Position numbers and translations under genes: made by a program. A stretch of 64,000 nt of DNA from Candidatus Omnitrophota bacterium. GTDB taxonomy: Bacteria; Omnitrophota; Gorgyraeia; Gygaellales; Profunditerraquicolaceae. Every line of letters starts with the position of its first letter. Positions within the stretch are counted from its first letter, which is position 1. The notes below the pieces were generated by a model that was not told the origin of the DNA, made no database searches, and saw nothing but the letters and a program-made list of their open reading frames with translations. Positions 60,982 to 64,000 of this stretch are shown here, in pieces. Location: the NCBI GenBank assembly GCA_050012075.1, contig JBEKHW010000001.1, positions 4,766 through 68,765 on the forward strand. Reading direction: 5' to 3'.

Positions 60982-62283
60982 TTATACCAGGGAGCTTTCT
61001 ATCTTAATCTTCCCTTTTTCTGCCTTTAAATCAACTATCTCTTCCTCCCCTTGCTGTCCACTGGACACTCCAACCTTAGGCAGAAATATCTCCTCGCTGT
61101 TAATCTCTCTTACCACCCCTGTCCTGCCGTCAGACAACTGCACCCTGGTGCCTACCGGCCAGACGCCTATCAGCTTAAAGAACCTATCCAGTAAAACAGG
61201 GTCAAAAGAAACCCCTCTCTCCTTCGTCATTATTTCATAAATAGTTTCCGGGGGGTAGCTGCGCTTATAGCCCCTCCTCTGGGCAAGGGCGTCATAGACG
61301 TCGCATATGGAGACGATTAAAGAAGCCTTATGCTGTTTGTATGGAAAAGACAATTTAGGATAGCCACTCATGTTATATTTCAGGTGGTGCTCAAAACTCA
61401 CTATTATAGGCAACATCCCCAGTTTATCGGCATATTTAAGCAATATCTCAGCGCCAAGTGCCGCGTGGTTTTTAATCTTGTCGAACTCTTCAGTGCTCAG
61501 GCGCGATTCTTTACGTATTAATCCGCGCGAAATATAGATTTTGCCGACGTCATGAAAAAGGCCGGCCATCCCCATTTCAAGCACGCCTTCTTTTTCAAGC
61601 CCCAGTTTTGAAGAAAAATACATTGCCAGTATCGAAACATTGAGTATATGCGAAAATGTCCTGGTGTCGAACTTCCTTAAAGTCGCGAAATCCAGGAGCT
61701 CCTGATATTGCCCGATAAGCTTCTCCATGACTTCTTTAAGGGTATAGCGCAGGGTAAGATGGTCTAGATCCACTTCGTTAAGTATCGCCTCAACGGAGTT
61801 ATTTACCTTGTTGAGCGAATGCTCATAGAGATTTAGGCGGTCCATTGCCTCCTGGACTTTATCCATCTCCACGGATAATTTTATCTTACCCACCAATATG
61901 TTTTTTACGCCCATCCCGGAAAGATTCTCCTGTATCTGGTCACCGGTCTCTTCTCTGGATGCCAGGAGGGAAGATATGAATTTCGCTAATTCATCCTCCC
62001 GTAAGCCGCGCAGGAAATGAATCCTCTCAATCCCTTTAGCCTTCAGGAATAGTATTGCGGGCATAGCCAGCTCGCTCAGGTTGAAAAATATCTCCTTTTC
62101 AACGGCCAGTTCCTTACCGACTATACCGATGACTAATTCCTGCTCTTCTCCCAGGATATCCGTAACGCTCGCATAAAGTTTTCCAATGGATTTCTTTACC
62201 TGTGGATGGTCAGGATTATACAGCCTTGCCATCTGCAGGGCGGAAAGCAGGTCCCTTATACAGCTTTCAATTCTTTCTTTCAT
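60982..62283 (-). CDS. HD-GYP domain phosphodiesterase
   Basis: FHDVGKI, EHH...SGYP, DVYDAL...R.YK and FDP motifs. Confidence 0.88.
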   Translation of the reverse strand: MKERIESCIRDLLSALQMARLYNPDHPQVKKSIGKLYASVTDILGEEQELVIGIVGKELAVEKEIFFNLSELAMPAILFLKAKGIERIHFLRGLREDELAKFISSLLASREETGDQIQENLSGMGVKNILVGKIKLSVEMDKVQEAMDRLNLYEHSLNKVNNSVEAILNEVDLDHLTLRYTLKEVMEKLIGQYQELLDFATLRKFDTRTFSHILNVSILAMYFSSKLGLEKEGVLEMGMAGLFHDVGKIYISRGLIRKESRLSTEEFDKIKNHAALGAEILLKYADKLGMLPIIVSFEHHLKYNMSGYPKLSFPYKQHKASLIVSICDVYDALAQRRGYKRSYPPETIYEIMTKERGVSFDPVLLDRFFKLIGVWPVGTRVQLSDGRTGVVREINSEEIFLPKVGVSSGQQGEEEIVDLKAEKGKIKIESSLV

Positions 62284-64000
62284 CCAATTTTCTCCAGTGC
62301 CTGGCTTGCCCTTTTACGCAACTGCCTGTTCCATGCAAACGGCCTTTTGCTCAAAATAAGGAGCCAATCCTTTGCCTCTTGTAATTTTACTTCTTCTACA
62401 ATCGCGATATGCTGCACTAGCGTCTTATTGTTGATTCCAAAAGGGCTAGGTATTGCAAAAAGGATGGCCAACAGTTTCTTTATGTATCCAGCGTCTGTAC
62501 TACAGACCTGGATCGCTTCTTTTTCCAGCAATATTTCCCCTTTCTTAAAAATAGCCAGAAGTATACTGAAATCGCAAAGGTTCAGGCGCCGATAAGTCTT
62601 CAACACCTCTATTCTCGCTATATTGTTCGAGGAATGGAATATGGTCTTGAGGATCTCTTTTGAGAAAGATTCATTTATTTTATCCAGGCTCATCATAAGC
62701 TTAGCTAGGAATTCAATATCCGTATGTCTCGCTACCATTGCGCTTAAGAATTCCCGAAGATTATCCGGGAAAAACCTGAAGAACAACTCCAATATAAAGG
62801 GGTTCACCTTTTCCTCAGTAAATATCTTCTCCAGATAAACCATGGGATTGAATAAAGACACCTTCAGGTTATCAGAGAAAAATCCTATTTCACTTCCTTC
62901 ATTGAGGCTGCCCTCCATAATCCCTGTCTCTACAAAATCTGTTATCTGCCTGCTGAGATTATCAAAAAGATGGGCCGATTTCGGATCTTCCTTTACCTTT
63001 GTCTCTAAGCACTGCCAGACTAACTTAACGAACGGCAGATTTTTTTCTTCTATTATCTTCTTAAGCTCGCTAGAGAGATTTTTGAGGATCGGCTCCAGCT
63101 TCTGTTGGTCTGTTTCCATGGCCGCCAGGTTCAAAAGCACATGGCGATAATTATCTTCCAGGCTAGGAGTTTCAAATGAAAAAATCTCCTCTTCGGCCAT
63201 ATCTTTTGTAAGCGATGAAAGCGCATGGCGATAAAATTCGGAAACCGCGATGGTCTCGTCTGAAGAAAAAATCTCTTTGATTTTCTTGCGCAGCTTAGAG
63301 TCGGTCTTAAGCGCCTCGGAATTACGTATCTTGTCTGCGAGAGAAATGCTGATATTCTTATTCCTTTTCTCCTCGACAAGCCGCGAAAATACCGCGAGGC
63401 TAAGATAATCGAATTTTTCGTTATTCAGAAGCTGCTCCTCCAGGACCTCCACAAAATCTTCGTCAGCAAGGTCTTCGAAAAATGACTTTATTTTCTCCGC
63501 CTTTTGCGTATCCGTGATGCTTATATCCTGAATAGCCCATTTGAGCAATTCTTTATTGCAATTAAGGTAGCGCTCTTTCTCCTTGTCCTTAAGATAGAAG
63601 ATAAAATCATGAATACTCTCTCTTAATTCATCATCGGCCAGCAGGTCACTAACCCTGATCTTCTTTATAATATCGCAGAAATTATCTGCGAATTCATTGA
63701 TCTTTTCGGTGTCTTCTTTGGCTATCGCAGATTGAAGAAAGGGGACCCAGATATCAGCGACCTCTTCCCCTTCACCAGTCAGAAGAGAAGAATAATCCAG
63801 TTCCTCTACAATAAGGTGCGGGTATTTTGCGGGGTCAAGGATATTCTGCACCCCGCCCTTAGCTATTACTTCCTTTTTGGGCATTGAGATCGTGCTCAAG
63901 AAATCTACCAGTTCATCTACGGTAAGCCCGTTCTTGAACTCGATATTTTTTATCTTACGGATATGTAAAGTTAAGGCGATTTCAGTATAAAGCGATAAGT
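62280..64000 (-). CDS. large helical (HEAT-like) hypothetical protein, 5'-truncated by the window
   Basis: The frame stays open from 63899 to the window end (...LHIRKIKNIEFKNGLTVDELVDFL); coupled to the HD-GYP gene. Confidence 0.65.
   Translation of the reverse strand, partial: LSLYTEIALTLHIRKIKNIEFKNGLTVDELVDFLSTISMPKKEVIAKGGVQNILDPAKYPHLIVEELDYSSLLTGEGEEVADIWVPFLQSAIAKEDTEKINEFADNFCDIIKKIRVSDLLADDELRESIHDFIFYLKDKEKERYLNCNKELLKWAIQDISITDTQKAEKIKSFFEDLADEDFVEVLEEQLLNNEKFDYLSLAVFSRLVEEKRNKNISISLADKIRNSEALKTDSKLRKKIKEIFSSDETIAVSEFYRHALSSLTKDMAEEEIFSFETPSLEDNYRHVLLNLAAMETDQQKLEPILKNLSSELKKIIEEKNLPFVKLVWQCLETKVKEDPKSAHLFDNLSRQITDFVETGIMEGSLNEGSEIGFFSDNLKVSLFNPMVYLEKIFTEEKVNPFILELFFRFFPDNLREFLSAMVARHTDIEFLAKLMMSLDKINESFSKEILKTIFHSSNNIARIEVLKTYRRLNLCDFSILLAIFKKGEILLEKEAIQVCSTDAGYIKKLLAILFAIPSPFGINNKTLVQHIAIVEEVKLQEAKDWLLILSKRPFAWNRQLRKRASQALEKIG

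Overview
64 kb of bacterial chromosome with almost all genes on the minus strand. The lineage is probably Candidatus Omnitrophota (PVC superphylum). This is an inference from a Verrucomicrobia/Planctomycetes-type conserved protein and a giant secreted protein with a GGIDF C-terminal motif. The housekeeping backbone comprises pncB, ccdA/redoxin, pgeF, rmuC, ttcA, malQ, pilD, aroE, ilvD-ilvB-ilvN-ilvC-leuA, fba/pfkA, metK/ahcY, a PTS(EIIA-yvcK-HPr-EI)-PGI/PMI cluster, three tRNAs, rpsB-tsf-pyrH-frr, msbA/lpxB and pyrG. Five unusual features stand out. (1) A tiny GIY-YIG nuclease gene is bracketed codon-exactly by 15-bp inverted repeats and hairpin elements, with an empty copy of the same element 33 kb away. 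(2) An array at 8.2-14.7 kb carries unrelated accessory genes, each separated by a recurring end-motif/hairpin/terminator-promoter unit, with no integrase in the window. (3) Several families of covarying palindromic repeats occupy many intergenic gaps. (4) A ~2,700-aa signal-peptide protein carries three novel repeats plus phosphoglucose isomerase and phosphohexomutase modules. (5) A riboswitch-like leader precedes that giant gene. All calls come from reading motifs by eye; no searches were run.
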